Below, one piece after another: positions 24,169 through 35,857 of a stretch of 64,000 nucleotides of DNA (positions are counted from its first letter, which is position 1; every line of letters begins with the position of its first letter). Position numbers and translations under genes: made by a program. Source of the stretch: Escherichia coli O127:H6 str. E2348/69 (lineage in GTDB: Bacteria; Pseudomonadota; Gammaproteobacteria; Enterobacterales; Enterobacteriaceae). The stretch lies in NCBI RefSeq assembly GCF_000026545.1, contig NC_011601.1. One strand, written 5' to 3'. The notes beneath the pieces are model-generated. The model was not told the DNA's origin. It did not search any database and saw only the letters and a program-made list of their open reading frames with translations.

Positions 24169-25371
24169 TTAACTGGCTTTTTTAATATGCGGAAGGTCGA
24201 ACGCTTTGCGCAGCGCCCGAACAAACGCTTTATCGTGGCAGATAGTTTTGCCAGGGCTGTCAGAAAGTTTCGCCACCGGTTTACCGTTACACTCTACCAA
24301 CTTAATGACAATATTCAGGGGTTTTACCTGGGGGATATCGCAGGTCAGGCGAGTCCCAATACCAAAACTTAATTGCACGCGGGAAGAGAAGTGGCGGTAT
24401 AGCTCAACCGCTTTGCGTAAATCCAGATTGTCAGAGAAAACCAGCGTTTTACTCTGTGGATCAATTCCCAGCTTTTCATAATGTGCAATGGCTTTTTCAC
24501 CCCATTCAACCGGGTCACCAGAGTCATGGCGCAGGCCCTGATAGCGACTGGCGAACTCGACACCGAAATCACGCAGGAAAGCATCCATAGTGATGCAGTC
24601 GGTTAACGCAATGCCAAGTTGGTCGGGATACTCTTCCAGCCAGGCAGCAAGTGCAGCTCGCTGGCTGTTGGCTAGATCCGGGCTGATTTGCTGATGCGCC
24701 TGGAACCATTCGTGTGCCTGTGTTCCCATCGGCGTGAGGGAAAGCCGACGCGCCAGATCGTAGTTGCTGGTGCCCACGAACCAGGATTCCTGGTGCAGAC
24801 GTTTCACGATGGTTTCTTGTACTTCGCGAGAAAAACGGCGGCGGGTGCCAAAATCCATCAGATGGAAGCGCGACATATCAAGACCGGCGGTTAATGCCGA
24901 GAAGTCGACTAATTTGTTTTCCAGCGTGTCGAGGGCTTGCGCAACGTCGGCCTGCGGTGAGCGATAGCGATGTACCATTTCACTGATAACCGCCAGCAAA
25001 GGAACTTCCCAGAGGATGACTTCACGCCACGGGCCGCTTAAACGAATATCCAGCTTGCCATTATCGTTGGACACGGTGACTTGTTCCGGGTTAAAGCGGA
25101 ACTCGCGTAGCCAGTTAAGATAGTCGGCCTTAAAGAAAGGCAGGGCAGAGAGCCACTGATATTCATCATCCTGCAGGCGCAGGTGCTGCATCGCCTGAAC
25201 CTGTTCACGAATAGCATCGGCATAAATACCCAGCAGATCGTCACCTCGGCAACGAAACTCCGCCGCGACATGCACATCGTAATAGTGATGAAACACGGCT
25301 TGCTGCATATGCAACTTATAAGCATCTGTATCCAGCAACGAGTGCAGAACAGGAGAAGCGAATTGTGTCAT
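24169..25371 (-). CDS. pncB: Nicotinate phosphoribosyltransferase PncB (400 aa)
   Basis: ORF-track entry extends to 25419; ATG at 25371 (minus) gives [20 protein letters not shown]-terminus and 400 aa. Confidence 0.95.
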   Translation of the reverse strand: MTQFASPVLHSLLDTDAYKLHMQQAVFHHYYDVHVAAEFRCRGDDLLGIYADAIREQVQAMQHLRLQDDEYQWLSALPFFKADYLNWLREFRFNPEQVTVSNDNGKLDIRLSGPWREVILWEVPLLAVISEMVHRYRSPQADVAQALDTLENKLVDFSALTAGLDMSRFHLMDFGTRRRFSREVQETIVKRLHQESWFVGTSNYDLARRLSLTPMGTQAHEWFQAHQQISPDLANSQRAALAAWLEEYPDQLGIALTDCITMDAFLRDFGVEFASRYQGLRHDSGDPVEWGEKAIAHYEKLGIDPQSKTLVFSDNLDLRKAVELYRHFSSRVQLSFGIGTRLTCDIPQVKPLNIVIKLVECNGKPVAKLSDSPGKTICHDKAFVRALRKAFDLPHIKKAS

Positions 25372-25400
25372 AGGTGCGCAGTAGCGTCCTCGTACAGGAG

Positions 25401-25418
25401 CGTTTAGTACAATAAACA
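25401..25418 (-). promoter_or_regulatory. Candidate NadR operator in the pncB promoter
   Basis: cGTTTAgtacaaTAAACA approximates the NadR palindrome TGTTTA-N6-TAAACA, 30-47 nt upstream of the pncB ATG. Confidence 0.5.
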
Positions 25419-25636
25419 TCTTCAGGAACTGCTGGAGTATACCTTGTTTCGCAATTTATTGAACCCCGATCACACCATATGCCACCTTTCTGGTCGATGG
25501 CATAACGCGGTGTATGTTATAAAAATGTAGCAATAAAGGCGTTTGTACCTGAAAAGATGAAGATTCTGCATAGCGCGATTTACGCAATAGGAATAGACTG
25601 AACACCAGACTCTATAAAAGATGCTAAAGGTTATTT

Positions 25637-28249
25637 ATGACTCAACAGCCACAAGCCAAATACCGTCACGATTATCGTGCGCCGGATTACCAGATTACTG
25701 ATATTGACTTGACCTTTGACCTGGACGCGCAAAAGACGGTCGTTACCGCGGTCAGCCAGGCTGTCCGTCATGGTGCATCAGATGTTCCGCTTCGTCTCAA
25801 CGGCGAAGACCTCAAACTGGTTTCTGTTTATATTAATGATGAGCCGTGGACCGCCTGGAAAGAAGAAGAGGGCGCACTGGTCATCAGTAATTTGCCGGAG
25901 CGTTTTACGCTTAAGATCGTTAATGAAATTAGCCCGGCGGCGAATACTGCGCTGGAAGGGCTTTATCAGTCAGGCGATGCGCTTTGCACCCAGTGTGAAG
26001 CCGAAGGTTTCCGCCATATTACGTATTATCTCGACCGCCCGGATGTGCTGGCGCGTTTTACCACCAAAATTATTGCCGATAAAACCAAATATCCCTTCCT
26101 GCTTTCCAATGGTAACCGCGTTGCGCAAGGTGAACTGGAAAATGGACGTCATTGGGTACAGTGGCAGGACCCGTTCCCGAAACCGTGTTACCTGTTTGCG
26201 TTGGTGGCAGGCGACTTTGATGTGCTGCGCGACACTTTCACCACACGTTCTGGTCGCGAAGTAGCGCTGGAGCTGTACGTCGATCGTGGCAACCTTGATC
26301 GCGCGCCGTGGGCGATGACCTCGCTGAAAAACTCCATGAAATGGGATGAAGAACGCTTCGGCCTGGAGTATGACCTCGACATCTATATGATCGTCGCGGT
26401 GGATTTCTTCAATATGGGCGCAATGGAGAATAAGGGGCTGAATATCTTTAACTCCAAATATGTGCTGGCACGCACCGACACCGCCACCGACAAAGATTAC
26501 CTCGATATTGAACGCGTTATCGGCCATGAATATTTCCATAACTGGACCGGCAACCGTGTCACCTGTCGCGACTGGTTCCAGCTCAGTCTGAAAGAAGGTT
26601 TAACCGTCTTCCGCGATCAGGAATTCAGCTCTGACCTTGGTTCCCGCGCGGTAAACCGTATCAACAACGTGCGCACCATGCGCGGATTGCAGTTTGCGGA
26701 AGACGCCAGCCCGATGGCGCACCCGATCCGCCCGGATATGGTCATTGAGATGAACAACTTCTACACCCTGACCGTTTACGAGAAGGGCGCGGAAGTGATT
26801 CGCATGATCCACACCCTGCTGGGCGAAGAAAACTTCCAGAAAGGGATGCAGCTCTATTTCGAGCGCCATGATGGCAGCGCGGCAACCTGCGACGACTTTG
26901 TTCAGGCGATGGAAGATGCGTCGAATGTCGATCTTTCCCATTTCCGCCGTTGGTACAGCCAGTCCGGCACGCCGGTTGTGACCGTCAAAGACGACTACAA
27001 TCCGGAAACTGAGCAGTACACCCTGACCATCAGCCAGCGCACGCCAGCTACGCCGGATCAGGCAGAAAAACAACCGCTGCATATTCCGTTTGCCATCGAA
27101 CTGTATGACAACGAAGGCAAAGTGATCCCGTTGCAGAAAGGCGGTCATCCGGTGAATTCCGTGCTGAACGTCACCCAGGCGGAACAGACCTTTGTTTTTG
27201 ATAATGTCTACTTCCAGCCGGTGCCTGCGCTGCTGTGCGAATTCTCTGCGCCAGTGAAACTGGAATATAAGTGGAGCGATCAGCAACTGACCTTCCTGAT
27301 GCGTCATGCGCGTAATGATTTCTCTCGCTGGGACGCGGCGCAAAGTTTGCTGGCAACCTACATCAAGCTGAACGTCGCCCGTCATCAGCAAGGGCAGCCG
27401 TTGTCTCTGCCGGTGCATGTGGCTGACGCTTTCCGCGCGGTGCTGCTCGATGAGAAGATTGATCCGGCGCTGGCGGCAGAAATCCTGACGCTGCCTTCCG
27501 TCAATGAAATGGCAGAACTGTTCGATATCATCGACCCGATTGCTATTGCCGAAGTACGCGAAGCACTCACTCGTACTCTGGCGACTGAACTGGCAGATGA
27601 GCTGCTGGCTATTTACAACGCGAATTACCAGAGCGAGTACCGTGTTGAGCATGAAGATATTGCAAAACGCACTCTGCGTAATGCCTGCCTGCGTTTCCTC
27701 GCTTTTGGTGAAACGCATCTGGCTGACGTGCTGGTGAGCAAACAGTTCCACGAAGCGAACAATATGACCGATGCGCTGGCGGCGCTTTCTGCGGCGGTTG
27801 CTGCACAGCTGCCTTGCCGTGACGCGCTGATGCAGGAGTACGACGACAAGTGGCATCAGGATGGTCTGGTGATGGATAAATGGTTTATCCTGCAAGCCAC
27901 CAGCCCGGCGGCGAATGTGCTGGAGACGGTGCGTGGCCTGTTGCAGCATCGCTCATTTACCATGAGCAACCCGAACCGTATTCGTTCGTTGATTGGTGCG
28001 TTTGCGGGCAGCAACCCGGCAGCGTTCCATGCCGAAGATGGCAGCGGTTACCAGTTCCTGGTGGAAATGCTTACCGACCTCAACAGCCGTAACCCGCAGG
28101 TGGCTTCACGCCTGATTGAGCCGCTGATTCGCCTGAAACGTTACGATGCCAAACGTCAGGAGAAAATGCGCGCGGCGCTGGAGCAGTTGAAAGGGCTGGA
28201 AAATCTCTCTGGCGATCTGTACGAGAAGATAACTAAAGCACTGGCTTGA
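25637..28249 (+). CDS. pepN: Aminopeptidase N PepN (870 aa)
   Basis: 870-aa ORF; M1-family zinc motif HEYFHNWTGNRVT...E and GAMEN motif visible. Confidence 0.97.
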   Translation: MTQQPQAKYRHDYRAPDYQITDIDLTFDLDAQKTVVTAVSQAVRHGASDVPLRLNGEDLKLVSVYINDEPWTAWKEEEGALVISNLPERFTLKIVNEISPAANTALEGLYQSGDALCTQCEAEGFRHITYYLDRPDVLARFTTKIIADKTKYPFLLSNGNRVAQGELENGRHWVQWQDPFPKPCYLFALVAGDFDVLRDTFTTRSGREVALELYVDRGNLDRAPWAMTSLKNSMKWDEERFGLEYDLDIYMIVAVDFFNMGAMENKGLNIFNSKYVLARTDTATDKDYLDIERVIGHEYFHNWTGNRVTCRDWFQLSLKEGLTVFRDQEFSSDLGSRAVNRINNVRTMRGLQFAEDASPMAHPIRPDMVIEMNNFYTLTVYEKGAEVIRMIHTLLGEENFQKGMQLYFERHDGSAATCDDFVQAMEDASNVDLSHFRRWYSQSGTPVVTVKDDYNPETEQYTLTISQRTPATPDQAEKQPLHIPFAIELYDNEGKVIPLQKGGHPVNSVLNVTQAEQTFVFDNVYFQPVPALLCEFSAPVKLEYKWSDQQLTFLMRHARNDFSRWDAAQSLLATYIKLNVARHQQGQPLSLPVHVADAFRAVLLDEKIDPALAAEILTLPSVNEMAELFDIIDPIAIAEVREALTRTLATELADELLAIYNANYQSEYRVEHEDIAKRTLRNACLRFLAFGETHLADVLVSKQFHEANNMTDALAALSAAVAAQLPCRDALMQEYDDKWHQDGLVMDKWFILQATSPAANVLETVRGLLQHRSFTMSNPNRIRSLIGAFAGSNPAAFHAEDGSGYQFLVEMLTDLNSRNPQVASRLIEPLIRLKRYDAKRQEKMRAALEQLKGLENLSGDLYEKITKALA

Positions 28250-28261
28250 TACTTTTGAGCC

Positions 28262-28453
28262 AAAATGCCGGATGCGACGCTTGACGCGTCTTATCAGGCC
28301 TACAAGTCCGTTGAAAATGCTGGTTTTGTAGGCTGGATAAGGCGTTCACGCCGCATCCGGCAGCCGTGCCCAAATGCCTGATGCGACGCTTGACGCGTCT
28401 TATCAGGCCTACAATCCGTTGAAACTGCTGGTTTTGTGTGCCACATCCGGCAT
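28262..28453. repeat. REP/BIME-type repetitive extragenic palindromic cluster (two tandem copies of a composite unit)
   Basis: Near-identical blocks gatgcgacgcttgacgcgtcttatcaggcctacaa at 28270-28305 and 28379-28414, each followed by ccgttgaaa(a/-)tgctggttttgt; internal inverted REP ggctggataaggcgttcacgccgcatccggcag. Confidence 0.75.
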
Positions 28454-28454
28454 A

Positions 28455-29222
28455 TTAACCATGACGCCGAATCGGTTGTTCAGAGTGCCCACGCTGCATC
28501 ACCCGTTGCAAAACTTCCGCTTCCAGCTCCGCTAATCGCACCGACCCTAACCGGCGCGGACGGGGGATATCCACCGTCAAATCCAGACCAATTTTTCCCT
28601 CTTCAATTAACAATACCCGGTCAGCCATTGCTACCGCTTCGCTCACATCATGCGTCACCAACAGTACGGTAAAGCCGTGCTCCTGCCAAAGTGACACAAT
28701 CAAATCCTGCATCTCGAGCCGAGTCAGGGCGTCCAGCGCCCCGAGCGGTTCATCAAGCAATAATAAACCCGGTCGATGAATTAACGCTCTTGCCAGCGCC
28801 ACACGCTGTTTCTGCCCGCCAGAAAGTGCGGCAGGCCATTCCCCCGCGCGATTCTCCAGTCCTACCGCAGCCAGCGCCCGACGCGCGGCATCGCGCCACT
28901 GACCTTGAAGGCCTAACCCAACGTTATCAATCACCGATTTCCACGGTAGCAGACGCGCATCCTGAAACATCATTCGCGTGTCTTCCTGAATCTCAGCCAG
29001 CGGTGTGGTGCCGGCTAACACATCGCCTGCGGTTGGCGTTTCCAGACCTGCCAGCAGGCGCAGCAGGGTACTTTTGCCACCACCGCTGCGGCCCACCACC
29101 GCCACAAACTGACCAGCCGGAATATGTAAATCCAGTTGGTTCAGAACGATATTTTCCGCGTAATGCTTGCTTACTGCATTGAGCAACAATGGCGTGCCCT
29201 GGTTCAGACGAGCAGTATTCAT
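28455..29222 (-). CDS. ssuB: Aliphatic sulfonate ABC transporter ATP-binding protein SsuB (255 aa)
   Basis: 255-aa ORF; Walker [10 protein letters not shown], signature [15 protein letters not shown]. Confidence 0.95.
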   Translation of the reverse strand: MNTARLNQGTPLLLNAVSKHYAENIVLNQLDLHIPAGQFVAVVGRSGGGKSTLLRLLAGLETPTAGDVLAGTTPLAEIQEDTRMMFQDARLLPWKSVIDNVGLGLQGQWRDAARRALAAVGLENRAGEWPAALSGGQKQRVALARALIHRPGLLLLDEPLGALDALTRLEMQDLIVSLWQEHGFTVLLVTHDVSEAVAMADRVLLIEEGKIGLDLTVDIPRPRRLGSVRLAELEAEVLQRVMQRGHSEQPIRRHG

Positions 29223-30010
29223 ACCGTGGCCTCCTTCAAATGATAAGCCGGGTTCCAGCGCAACCAGAGGCGCTCTAACAGCTGCGCACTGACGTCAGCA
29301 AGTTTGCCGAGCAGGGCGTAAAGAATAATGGCGACAACCACCACGTCCGTTTGCAAAAACTCCCGCGCATTCATCGCCAGATAACCAATGCCGGAATTGG
29401 CAGAAATGGTTTCGGCAACAATCAACGTCAGCCACATCAGGCCCAATGCAAAACGCACGCCGACCATAATTGAGGGCAGGGCACCAGGCAGGATCACATG
29501 GATAAACAGCGGTATGCCGGATAATCCATAGCTACGCGCCATTTCCACCAGACCGCGATCGATATTACGGATGCCGTGCCAGGTGTTGATATAAATGGGG
29601 AATAGCGTGCCGAGCGCCACCAGAAAGATTTTTGCGGATTCATCAATGCCAAACCACAAAATCACCAGCGGGATCAGCGCCAGATGCGGCACGTTACGCA
29701 ACATCTGAATGGAGGTATCCAGCAGTCGTTCTCCCCAGCGAGATAGCCCGCTAATCAGTCCCAAAATCAACCCCAGCGATCCGCCAATTGAAAAGCCAAT
29801 GAGCGCCCGCCAGGAGCTGATCGCCAGATGCTGCCACAATTCGCCGCTAGCGGAGAGCGTCCAGAACGCCATCACCACTCCTTCCGGTGAGGGCAAAATA
29901 CGCGTTGACAGCCAGCCAACTGAGGAGGCCAGTTGCCACACCGCCACGATGCCCACCGGTAAAAACCAGGGGGCAACGCGCAATAACCACTTTTTCACTG
30001 GCGTTGCCAT
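29219..30010 (-). CDS. ssuC: Aliphatic sulfonate ABC transporter permease SsuC (263 aa)
   Basis: 263-aa polytopic membrane ORF; ATGA overlap with ssuB. Confidence 0.95.
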   Translation of the reverse strand: MATPVKKWLLRVAPWFLPVGIVAVWQLASSVGWLSTRILPSPEGVVMAFWTLSASGELWQHLAISSWRALIGFSIGGSLGLILGLISGLSRWGERLLDTSIQMLRNVPHLALIPLVILWFGIDESAKIFLVALGTLFPIYINTWHGIRNIDRGLVEMARSYGLSGIPLFIHVILPGALPSIMVGVRFALGLMWLTLIVAETISANSGIGYLAMNAREFLQTDVVVVAIILYALLGKLADVSAQLLERLWLRWNPAYHLKEATV

Positions 30011-30021
30011 TATCGTATTCC

Positions 30022-31167
30022 TTAGCTTTGCGCGACTTTACGGGGGATAAAATCATTTGCCACCGCTTCGCCTTGCGGATTCAGCGGCTGCGGCTGGGGA
30101 ATTTCCGGGATGGCGACATCCAGATGCGGGAACAGCAACTCGCCAACCCGATACGCTTCTTCCAGATGCGGGTAGCCCGAAAGCACAAAGCTGTCGATGC
30201 CAAGCGCGGCGTATTCGTTGATTCGCGCAGCGACCGTCGGACCATCGCCCACCAGTGCCGTCCCGGCACCGCCGCGCACTAAGCCAACGCCCGCCCATAA
30301 ATTGGGGCTGATCTCCAGATTGTCGCGCTTGCCGTTATGTAGCGCCGCCATTCGCTGTTGTCCTACGGAATCCGTCCGGGCGAATGCGGCTTGTGCTTTG
30401 GCGATAGTCTCATCATCAAGATGCGAGATTAACCGCTCGGCGGCCTGCCACGCTTCGTCGTTGGTTTCACGAACAATCACATGCAGACGAATACCGAAAC
30501 GAATTTTGCGTCCATGCGCGGCAGCTTTCGCCCGCACGTGTTCGATTTTCTCTTTAACCAGTTCCGGCGGTTCGCCCCAGGTGAGGTAGAGATCAACTTG
30601 TTCTGCCGCCAGCTCCTGGGCGACATCTGACGATCCGCCAAAGTAAAGCGGAGGATACGGCTGTTGAATCGGCGGGAAGAGCAGTTTGGCTCCGCGCACA
30701 TGAATATGTTTACCGTTGAAATTGACGGTTTCCCCCAGCAATAAGCGCCGCCAGACCTGGGTAAATTCCGCCGAGGCTTCGTAGCGCTCGCTATGATCAA
30801 GGAACACGCCGTCGCCTGCCAGCTCTTGTGGATCGCTGCCTGTGACCAGATTAAACAACGCACGACCATTCGAGAGACGGTCAAGCGTGGCGGCCTGGCG
30901 GGCGGCAACGGTAGGTGAGGTTACGCTGGGACGCAGGGCGACAAGAAACTTCAGCCGTTGCGTCACCGGGATCATCGACGCGGCAACCAGCCACGCATCT
31001 TCACACGATCGTCCTGTTGGGATCAGCACACCGGTATAACCCAGACGATCCGCCGCTTGCGCAATTTGTTGCAGATAACCGTGATCAACCGGACGTGAAC
31101 CTTCTTCCGTTCCCAGATAATGCCCGTCACCGTGGGTCGGTAAAAACCAGAACATATTCAGACTCAT
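30022..31167 (-). CDS. ssuD: FMNH2-dependent alkanesulfonate monooxygenase SsuD (381 aa)
   Basis: 381-aa ORF starting [19 protein letters not shown] (luciferase-like monooxygenase). Confidence 0.95.
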   Translation of the reverse strand: MSLNMFWFLPTHGDGHYLGTEEGSRPVDHGYLQQIAQAADRLGYTGVLIPTGRSCEDAWLVAASMIPVTQRLKFLVALRPSVTSPTVAARQAATLDRLSNGRALFNLVTGSDPQELAGDGVFLDHSERYEASAEFTQVWRRLLLGETVNFNGKHIHVRGAKLLFPPIQQPYPPLYFGGSSDVAQELAAEQVDLYLTWGEPPELVKEKIEHVRAKAAAHGRKIRFGIRLHVIVRETNDEAWQAAERLISHLDDETIAKAQAAFARTDSVGQQRMAALHNGKRDNLEISPNLWAGVGLVRGGAGTALVGDGPTVAARINEYAALGIDSFVLSGYPHLEEAYRVGELLFPHLDVAIPEIPQPQPLNPQGEAVANDFIPRKVAQS

Positions 31168-32123
31168 AATTGTTTTCCTTCCAGTTGAGTGGGCTGCCAG
31201 ATGCGCTGGCGAATATCGACTTTTTTCGGCACCAGACGGTTTTCATAAAACAGATCTGCCGTTTGCTGCTGTAAGGCGGCAACTTCAGCGCTCAACGGTT
31301 TGATGGTGGTGGGAGGACGATGATCCAGATACGAGGCAATAACCGGTGCCGGTAAGCCCATCGTTTTTGCCAGTAAAGCGATGCTTTGTTCGCGCTGGCT
31401 GCGGGTTAACGCATCGGCCTCACTAAAGGTTGTCAGCACACCCTGAATAAAAGCGCCGTTTTTTTCTGCATACGGACGAGCTGCCAGATAAAACGATCCA
31501 GTTTGATTGAGATCGGTGCCGTCTTTCAGCACCCGCACGCCGCCCTGTAATAATGCAGCGGAGTAGTAGGGATCCCAGATAGCCCAGGCGTCAACGTTAC
31601 CTTGCTGGAACGCGGCGCGGGCATCGGCAGGCGTCAGGTAAGTGGGCTGAATATCCGTGAATTTAAGCCCGGCCTGGCGTAGTGCGCGTAGTAAAAGGTT
31701 GTGCGAACTGGAACCTTTCTGAAAGGCAACTTTGTGACCTTTAAGATCGGCTACGGTTTTGATCGGGCTGTTTTCTGCCACCAGAATCACTTCGGCTTTG
31801 GGCTTCGGTGGCTCGACGCCCACGTATACCAAATCAGCCCCGGCAGCCTGGGCAAAGATTGGCGGAATATCCCCGGTACTGCCGAGATCGATACTGCCAA
31901 CGTTTAACGCCTCCAGCATCTGTGGGCCAGCGGGGAACTCCACCCAGGAGATTTTTGTTTGCGGATAGCGTTTTTCCAGTAACTGGTGGCTTTTTGCCAG
32001 CACCATACCAATACTGCCTTTTTGATAGCCTATACGTAACGCCTCTGGCGAAGACTCCGCGGCAACAGCAAGTGTAGAGACGCTAAGTAAACCCGCCAGC
32101 GCCAGTTTAATGATCTTACGCAT
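31164..32123 (-). CDS. ssuA: Aliphatic sulfonate periplasmic binding protein SsuA (319 aa)
   Basis: ORF-track entry extends to 32165; ATG at 32123 (minus) gives [21 protein letters not shown] signal peptide; overlaps ssuE by 8 bp. Confidence 0.9.
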   Translation of the reverse strand: MRKIIKLALAGLLSVSTLAVAAESSPEALRIGYQKGSIGMVLAKSHQLLEKRYPQTKISWVEFPAGPQMLEALNVGSIDLGSTGDIPPIFAQAAGADLVYVGVEPPKPKAEVILVAENSPIKTVADLKGHKVAFQKGSSSHNLLLRALRQAGLKFTDIQPTYLTPADARAAFQQGNVDAWAIWDPYYSAALLQGGVRVLKDGTDLNQTGSFYLAARPYAEKNGAFIQGVLTTFSEADALTRSQREQSIALLAKTMGLPAPVIASYLDHRPPTTIKPLSAEVAALQQQTADLFYENRLVPKKVDIRQRIWQPTQLEGKQL

Positions 32124-32691
32124 GGGCATTACCTCGCAGAGACAGAAGGTCAGGAACCTGAACATCGCGGCGGTGCAACGCCTGCCAGAAAGTTTCTAGC
32201 GCGGTATCAAGACGAGTTTGCAGATTTGGCGTGAACTGGGGTTTGTGGTGGTAATCAATTACTTGTGAGTCATCGGCAAACACGCCGTGTAGGATCTCCT
32301 GGGCTTTCAGCGTACTTAAAACTGGCTTAAGGGCATAATCGACCGCCAGCAGATGGGCCACGGTGCCGCCTGTCGCCAGCGGCAGCACCACTTTGCCTTG
32401 CAACGCACGTTCTGGCAGCAGGTCGAGCAGGGTTTTCAGTGCACCGGAATAGGCGGCTTTATACACAGGCGTGGCGACAATCAGCCCATCGGCCTGTTGC
32501 AGCTGTTCGGTGAAGGTCTTGAGTGCCGGACTATCGAAACGAGCATAAAGCAGATCTTCCGGGACGAAGTTTTGCAAATTCCAGTGATAAACCTCTACAT
32601 CCAGGCCATTTAGTTTTTCCCGCGCATATTCCAGCAAGGAGCTGGAGCGAGAAGGAAAGCGAGGACTACCCGCCAGGGTGATGACACGCAT
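32116..32691 (-). CDS. ssuE: NADPH-dependent FMN reductase SsuE (191 aa)
   Basis: 191-aa ORF; first gene of the ssuEADCB operon. Confidence 0.92.
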   Translation of the reverse strand: MRVITLAGSPRFPSRSSSLLEYAREKLNGLDVEVYHWNLQNFVPEDLLYARFDSPALKTFTEQLQQADGLIVATPVYKAAYSGALKTLLDLLPERALQGKVVLPLATGGTVAHLLAVDYALKPVLSTLKAQEILHGVFADDSQVIDYHHKPQFTPNLQTRLDTALETFWQALHRRDVQVPDLLSLRGNAHA

Positions 32692-32927
32692 ACTCTCTCC
32701 TTATAACCAATTGTTCTTTTTTTGTTAACATTGATAACAATTCGGTCAGTCTGACAGAGGGCGTCCGCGAGTCGAAATGATTTATCTGAGGAAGAAAAGC
32801 CAAAAAAAGCATAAAAAAAGCGCAATAAGAAAACGTTTGCTATTTATTGCCGCAGGTCAATTCCCTTTTGGTCCGAACTCGCACATAATACGCCCCCGGT
32901 TTGCACACCGGGAATCCAGGAGAGTTC

Positions 32928-33938
32928 ATGTACTACCCCTTCGTTCGTAAAGCCCTTTTCCAGCTCGATCCAGAGCGCGCTCATGAGTTTACTTTTCAGC
33001 AATTACGCCGTATTACCGGAACGCCGTTTGAAGCACTGGTGCGGCAGAAAGTGCCTGCGAAACCTGTTAACTGCATGGGCCTGACGTTTAAAAATCCGCT
33101 TGGTCTGGCAGCCGGTCTTGATAAAGACGGGGAGTGCATTGACGCGTTAGGCGCGATGGGATTTGGATCGATCGAGATCGGTACCGTCACGCCACGTCCC
33201 CAGCCAGGTAATGACAAGCCGCGTCTCTTTCGTCTGGTAGATGCCGAAGGTTTGATCAACCGTATGGGCTTTAATAATCTTGGCGTTGATAACCTCGTAG
33301 AGAACGTAAAAAAAGCCCATTACGACGGCGTTCTGGGTATTAACATCGGCAAAAATAAAGATACGCCGGTGGAGCAGGGTAAAGATGACTATCTGATTTG
33401 TATGGAAAAAATCTATGCCTATGCGGGATATATCGCCATCAATATTTCATCGCCAAATACCCCAGGATTACGCACACTGCAATATGGTGAAGCGCTGGAT
33501 GATCTCTTAACTGCGATTAAAAATAAACAAAATGATTTGCAAGTGATGCACCATAAATATGTGCCGATCGCAGTGAAGATCGCGCCGGATCTTTCTGAAG
33601 AAGAATTGATCCAGGTTGCCGATAGTTTAGTTCGCCATAATATTGATGGCGTTATTGCAACCAATACCACACTCGATCGTTCTCTGGTTCAGGGAATGAA
33701 AAATTGCGATCAAACCGGTGGCTTAAGTGGTCGTCCGCTTCAGTTAAAAAGCACCGAAATTATTCGCCGCTTGTCACAGGAATTAAACGGACGCTTGCCG
33801 ATTATTGGTGTTGGCGGCATTGACTCGGTTATCGCTGCGCGTGAAAAGATTGCTGCGGGTGCCTCACTGGTGCAAATTTATTCTGGTTTTATTTTTAAAG
33901 GTCCGCCGCTGATTAAAGAAATCGTTACCCATATCTAA
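32928..33938 (+). CDS. pyrD: Dihydroorotate dehydrogenase (quinone) PyrD (336 aa)
   Basis: ORF-track entry starts at 32901; ATG at 32928 gives [22 protein letters not shown]-terminus and 336 aa. Confidence 0.95.
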   Translation: MYYPFVRKALFQLDPERAHEFTFQQLRRITGTPFEALVRQKVPAKPVNCMGLTFKNPLGLAAGLDKDGECIDALGAMGFGSIEIGTVTPRPQPGNDKPRLFRLVDAEGLINRMGFNNLGVDNLVENVKKAHYDGVLGINIGKNKDTPVEQGKDDYLICMEKIYAYAGYIAINISSPNTPGLRTLQYGEALDDLLTAIKNKQNDLQVMHHKYVPIAVKIAPDLSEEELIQVADSLVRHNIDGVIATNTTLDRSLVQGMKNCDQTGGLSGRPLQLKSTEIIRRLSQELNGRLPIIGVGGIDSVIAAREKIAAGASLVQIYSGFIFKGPPLIKEIVTHI

Positions 33939-33970
33939 TTATTTTTTCAAATTCCTCTTTATAAGATAAT

Positions 33971-34002
33971 CAGGGCTTTATTTTCAGCCCTGGTTGTTTT
34001 AT
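33971..34002 (+). terminator. Candidate rho-independent terminator after pyrD
   Basis: Hairpin cagggctttattttcagccctg (33971-33992) followed by gttgtttta. Confidence 0.45.
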
Positions 34003-34111
34003 ATTCATCGCTGTTGCTTATTTAGACATTTTGTACTTTTATTGTTGAGGTTATTAAGCGAAGCGACAATGGATTGTGTCGCTGCGGTTTTATAAGGTTG
34101 GGGAGTGGCAG

Positions 34112-34654
34112 ATGCGAATTAAACCAGACGATAACTGGCGTTGGTATTACGATGAAGAGCACGATCGAATGATGCTCGATTTAGCCAATGGTATGCTATT
34201 TCGCTCACGTTTTGCGCGCAAAATGTTGACTCCAGATGCCTTTTCTCCCGCAGGTTTTTGCGTTGATGACGCCGCGCTCTATTTCTCTTTTGAAGAAAAG
34301 TGCCGCGATTTTAAGTTATCTAAAGAACAAAAAGCCGAACTGGTGCTGAATGCACTGGTAGCAATTCGTTATCTCAAACCGCAAATGCCGAAAAGCTGGC
34401 ATTTTGTATCTCATGGTGAAATGTGGATGCCCATGCCGGGCGATGCGGCCTACGTTTGGTTGAGCGACACTCATGAGCAAGTGAATTTACTGGTCGTTGA
34501 ATCTGGCGAGAATGCCGCGCTATGTCTACTGGCACAACCCTGCGTTGTTATTGCGGGTCGCGCGATGCAGTTGGGCGACGCCATTAAAATCATGAACGAC
34601 AGGCTGAAACCGCAGGTTAATGTTGACAGCTTCAGCCTCGAACAGGCAGTCTAA
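34112..34654 (+). CDS. zapC: Cell division protein ZapC (YcbW, 180 aa)
   Basis: ORF-track entry starts at 34076; ATG at 34112 gives [24 protein letters not shown] (180 aa). Confidence 0.85.
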   Translation: MRIKPDDNWRWYYDEEHDRMMLDLANGMLFRSRFARKMLTPDAFSPAGFCVDDAALYFSFEEKCRDFKLSKEQKAELVLNALVAIRYLKPQMPKSWHFVSHGEMWMPMPGDAAYVWLSDTHEQVNLLVVESGENAALCLLAQPCVVIAGRAMQLGDAIKIMNDRLKPQVNVDSFSLEQAV

Positions 34655-35760
34655 CGCGCCAGCTTAAGCGCAGTCTTCGGTACACAACTACAGCAAAGAA
34701 TAGTGCCATCATCGCCTATTGCTGATTTTTTTAGCGGCGTGACTTCGCCTTCTAAAAGCTGAACACGGCAACTTCCACAAATGCCCGCGCGGCAAGAATA
34801 AGGGATACGAATTCCCTGATTTTCTAATTGCTCCAGCAGCACCTGTTGGTTATTTCCACGAAATGCCTGTCCCTGCCAGTCAATATCTACGTTTGCGTCC
34901 GGTTGTTGCGTGATGTTGGCAGTATCATCAGCGGCACCTGCGCCGTAAATTTTAGCCGGAGCCGTTGCCAGAATTTCCACCTCGTCGCCAACGCGAATCA
35001 CGCCGCTATTACGGGCAATTAAATTCTGACCAAAATCGACATCGCCGTTATCCTGGGCAGTACGGAAAGATTGCAGCGTTTTTAATGGTTCGCCTGCCGG
35101 ATGTTTTTGCCCTTTTTCTGGGCTGACGGTGGTGAAAATACAGCGGCTACAAGGCTTAACCACATCAAACACGACATCACCAATGCGAATCACTTTCCAG
35201 CTATCTTCTTCCCAGGCCGATGCACCGGAAACCACCAGATTGGGGCGGAATTGCTCCATTTTTACACTGGCCGGACAACGTTGTTGGAGATCACGTAACG
35301 AGGCCTCGTTAGCAAGAAGGTAAGGATAGCCATCAGCAAATGACAGGGGTACAGTGTTGTGGCGTTTCACGCGCCGGGTCATTTGTGGCCCCACCCAGCG
35401 TAATTGCACTTCGCGGGAGAAAAATCCACTTAGCCATTTGTTGATCGCGTCTGGCGCAATTCGCGCGGTAAAATGTGTGCCCCAAACTTCGGTTGGTGCG
35501 TCTTGTGTGGCGAAATCAGCAAAACGAACATATGCACTACTGCCATCTGGTGCGGTGAGATGCAAGCCATCATGCACGGGTGAAGGAGTAAACCGTACCA
35601 TTAGCGGAAACTGGCGAGCGGTAATAAACGTACCGTCAGGTTCCGTGATCATAAAGATGCGATCGAAGGCCAGACCACTGACATCTGCCAGGGTATGTGT
35701 AAGACCAATGCCGCGCATCGATTTAACAGGATGAATAAAAAGCCGGGTTAATGTCGCCAC
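34651..35760 (-). CDS. ycbX: MOSC-domain 2Fe-2S protein YcbX (369 aa)
   Basis: 369-aa ORF with C-terminal ferredoxin-like cysteine cluster (CRAGICGSC ... CCSC); stop overlaps zapC stop region. Confidence 0.85.
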   Translation of the reverse strand: MATLTRLFIHPVKSMRGIGLTHTLADVSGLAFDRIFMITEPDGTFITARQFPLMVRFTPSPVHDGLHLTAPDGSSAYVRFADFATQDAPTEVWGTHFTARIAPDAINKWLSGFFSREVQLRWVGPQMTRRVKRHNTVPLSFADGYPYLLANEASLRDLQQRCPASVKMEQFRPNLVVSGASAWEEDSWKVIRIGDVVFDVVKPCSRCIFTTVSPEKGQKHPAGEPLKTLQSFRTAQDNGDVDFGQNLIARNSGVIRVGDEVEILATAPAKIYGAGAADDTANITQQPDANVDIDWQGQAFRGNNQQVLLEQLENQGIRIPYSCRAGICGSCRVQLLEGEVTPLKKSAIGDDGTILCCSCVPKTALKLAR

Positions 35761-35857
35761 GGTGCGGTCCTCAAATGAAAATAAGCCCTCAACTTTATGA
35801 CATGACGCGCTTATTAGCTATAATGCGCAACAATTTTCTTAGAGTAAAAGTGACAAT

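Noticed and set aside
26600-27949. 449-aa ORF on the minus strand entirely inside pepN
   Set aside because: Antisense to a well-supported 870-aa gene; translation is Arg/His/Gln-rich low-complexity sequence typical of the reverse frame of a GC-rich coding region; no RBS context; no recognisable motif.
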